64,000 nucleotides of DNA from an uncultured Alphaproteobacteria bacterium (lineage in GTDB: Bacteria; Pseudomonadota; Alphaproteobacteria; HIMB59; GCA-002718135): positions 681 to 64,680 of the forward strand of contig CACNLM010000002.1 in assembly GCA_902621305.1 (NCBI GenBank). The letters are read 5' to 3'. The notes under the pieces are model-generated. The model was not told the origin of the DNA and did no database searches. It worked only from the letters and a program-made list of their open reading frames with translations. The position numbers and the translations under genes are program-made. Numbering within the stretch: position 1 is the first letter of the stretch; each line of letters starts with the position of its first letter. Positions 62,420-64,000 of the stretch are shown here, one piece after another.

Positions 62420-63076
62420 TTATAATTTTCTCAAAATGAATAAAGATGGTTTTCTTTGAGAATTAATTGCTTTTTTATAATATTTTGTCTCAATATCGAA
62501 ATAATCTTTTATAAGTAAATTCATTTCAGATTGATTTACCCAGAGAAAATAGTCTTTGGATTTATAAATTGAATCTAAAATAAATCTTACATAAATTACT
62601 GAATCTGTAGCTATATGTATTTCACTATTCTCTTTTAGATTTTTATAAAGTTTTATCAAAAAATTACTAGTAACTAATCTTCGCTTTGCATGTCTATTTT
62701 TTGGCCACGGATCAGGGAAAAATATCCATACGAGATCAAAACATTCTCTATCTGTGCCTTGTAAAACATCATAAACGTTTCCATTATATAATCTAATATT
62801 TTTTATTTTATTCTTTTCAATATTTTTAAGTAAAGCTATATTTCCATCAATGTATTTTTCACAAGATATTACCACTTTATCTATAAACTTATTTGCAAGA
62901 AATATACTAGTTTCACCATAGCCAGTTCCAATATCTAAAATATAATTTATTTTCTCATCACAATTTTGAAACTGATATTCGCTAAGTGTTTGATGATATT
63001 TTTTTAAATCAATTTTTTTCTTGCTTCTTCCTCTTGTTCTTCCAAATAAACGATTGCTATAATTTTTATTAAGCAT
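62420..63076 (-). CDS. trmB: tRNA (guanine-N7)-methyltransferase
   Basis: LDIGTGYGE, FPDPWPKNRHAKRR, IATD, TKYYKKA. Confidence 0.94.
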   Translation of the reverse strand: MLNKNYSNRLFGRTRGRSKKKIDLKKYHQTLSEYQFQNCDEKINYILDIGTGYGETSIFLANKFIDKVVISCEKYIDGNIALLKNIEKNKIKNIRLYNGNVYDVLQGTDRECFDLVWIFFPDPWPKNRHAKRRLVTSNFLIKLYKNLKENSEIHIATDSVIYVRFILDSIYKSKDYFLWVNQSEMNLLIKDYFDIETKYYKKAINSQRKPSLFILRKL

Positions 63077-64000
63077 TTTTTTTAAAATAATAGAAAATAC
63101 TTAATATAAAAATAATAAAGAAATATATTTTAAATATTAAATGAAAATTAACAAAATTATGATTTTCTTTAAATAATAGTTTGTGTTTAAATTTCTCAGT
63201 TTTGTTAAATTGGGTTTTATTTAGTACAACACCATTATTGTCTATCACTGCAGATATTCCATTATTTGAAACACGAATAATTGGTTTATTAAACTCTGCG
63301 GCTCTGATTTTAGTAAGATAGAAATGTTGATAAGGACCGAGATAATCACCAAACCAAAAATCATTAGTAATATTGACAATGAAATTACCTTTGTAATTGA
63401 ATTTATTTATAAGTTTCCAGTAAAAAACAATTTCATAACAAATTATAGGAATAAAATTTACATTGTTAGATAAATTAATTATTCTTTTGACATTACCCTT
63501 TGAATAATTATTTGGACCAACAATACTTTCTAAAAAAGTCAGTGTATCTCTTAGTGGAAGAAATTCTCCAAAAGGAACAAGTATTTTTTTATCAAAATAA
63601 GTTACATTTAATGAACTAATATTTATCAAGCTATTATAGTATTGATTATTTTCGTATCTTGTAGCTCCAATAATTAATGTTTGATTTTCTTTTAAAAAAT
63701 CTTGTATTTTTTTTAATTCAAGATCATCTAAAAGGTAAGGATAATTATTTTCTCCAAAGATTAACAAATCTGCATTACTTTCATCAATATGTTTAATTAT
63801 TCTTTGAAGTTTTTTTTCAGCTGTTAAAAATTTATCATTATTTTTAAAATTTAATTGAAAAATTTCCAAATTAATTTTTTTAATATTTAAATTATTTTTT
63901 TCCAAATTAAAATTTGAGATCAATAAAAAAATTATTGGCAAAATAATAAATGCCGAAAAATATCTCAATTCTTTTTTAAAGTTTTTTTTAGTTAAAAAAA
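63069..64000 (-). CDS. lnt: Apolipoprotein N-acyltransferase, 3' part; frame stays open to the window end
   Basis: Nitrilase triad IFGEN / KKILVPFGEF / IICYE, NITNDFWFG, QH, RAAE, RVSNNGISA; no in-frame stop from 63968 to 64000. Confidence 0.92.
   Translation of the reverse strand, partial: FLTKKNFKKELRYFSAFIILPIIFLLISNFNLEKNNLNIKKINLEIFQLNFKNNDKFLTAEKKLQRIIKHIDESNADLLIFGENNYPYLLDDLELKKIQDFLKENQTLIIGATRYENNQYYNSLINISSLNVTYFDKKILVPFGEFLPLRDTLTFLESIVGPNNYSKGNVKRIINLSNNVNFIPIICYEIVFYWKLINKFNYKGNFIVNITNDFWFGDYLGPYQHFYLTKIRAAEFNKPIIRVSNNGISAVIDNNGVVLNKTQFNKTEKFKHKLLFKENHNFVNFHLIFKIYFFIIFILSIFYYFKKNA

Overview
This is a densely packed, very AT-rich core-genome segment from a streamlined alphaproteobacterium. 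It looks like a marine SAR11/HIMB59-type genome; that lineage call is inference from gene order and composition. It carries about 55 mostly housekeeping genes: LPS glycosyltransferases, gltDB, rnd-kdsD-lptCAB-aroA-cmk-rpsA-ihfB-pyrF-trpFBA-accD-folC, chvI-chvG-ahcY-metK-tsaE-amgK/murU-like-trxA, nrdA-nrdB-glutaredoxin, polA, rpsT/dnaA-dnaN-recF-gyrB-regB-regA, mutM/ubiE-coaBC-moeB-fabABI, and lnt-trmB-nusA-infB-rbfA-truB-rpsO-pnp. I recognised no tRNA, rRNA, CRISPR array or mobile element. Main observations: (1) An uncalled 42-aa basic ORF just downstream of polA resembles the active core of ribosome-rescue factor ArfA. (2) The class I ribonucleotide reductase cassette is atypical. Its alpha subunit is eukaryote/Bacteroidota-like with two different ATP-cones, and its beta subunit has Glu in place of the first Asp metal ligand while keeping the radical Tyr. 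Upstream are an alphaproteobacterial LexA box and tandem NrdR boxes. (3) MutM appears zincless, and its start codon lies 1 bp from the divergent ubiE start. (4) The lptC membrane anchor is disconnected at a poly-T tract and is in frame with kdsD. (5) A terminator-like attenuator sits directly before nusA. (6) Several genes are missing from otherwise conserved alphaproteobacterial operons. All homology calls come from remembered motifs; no database search was run.
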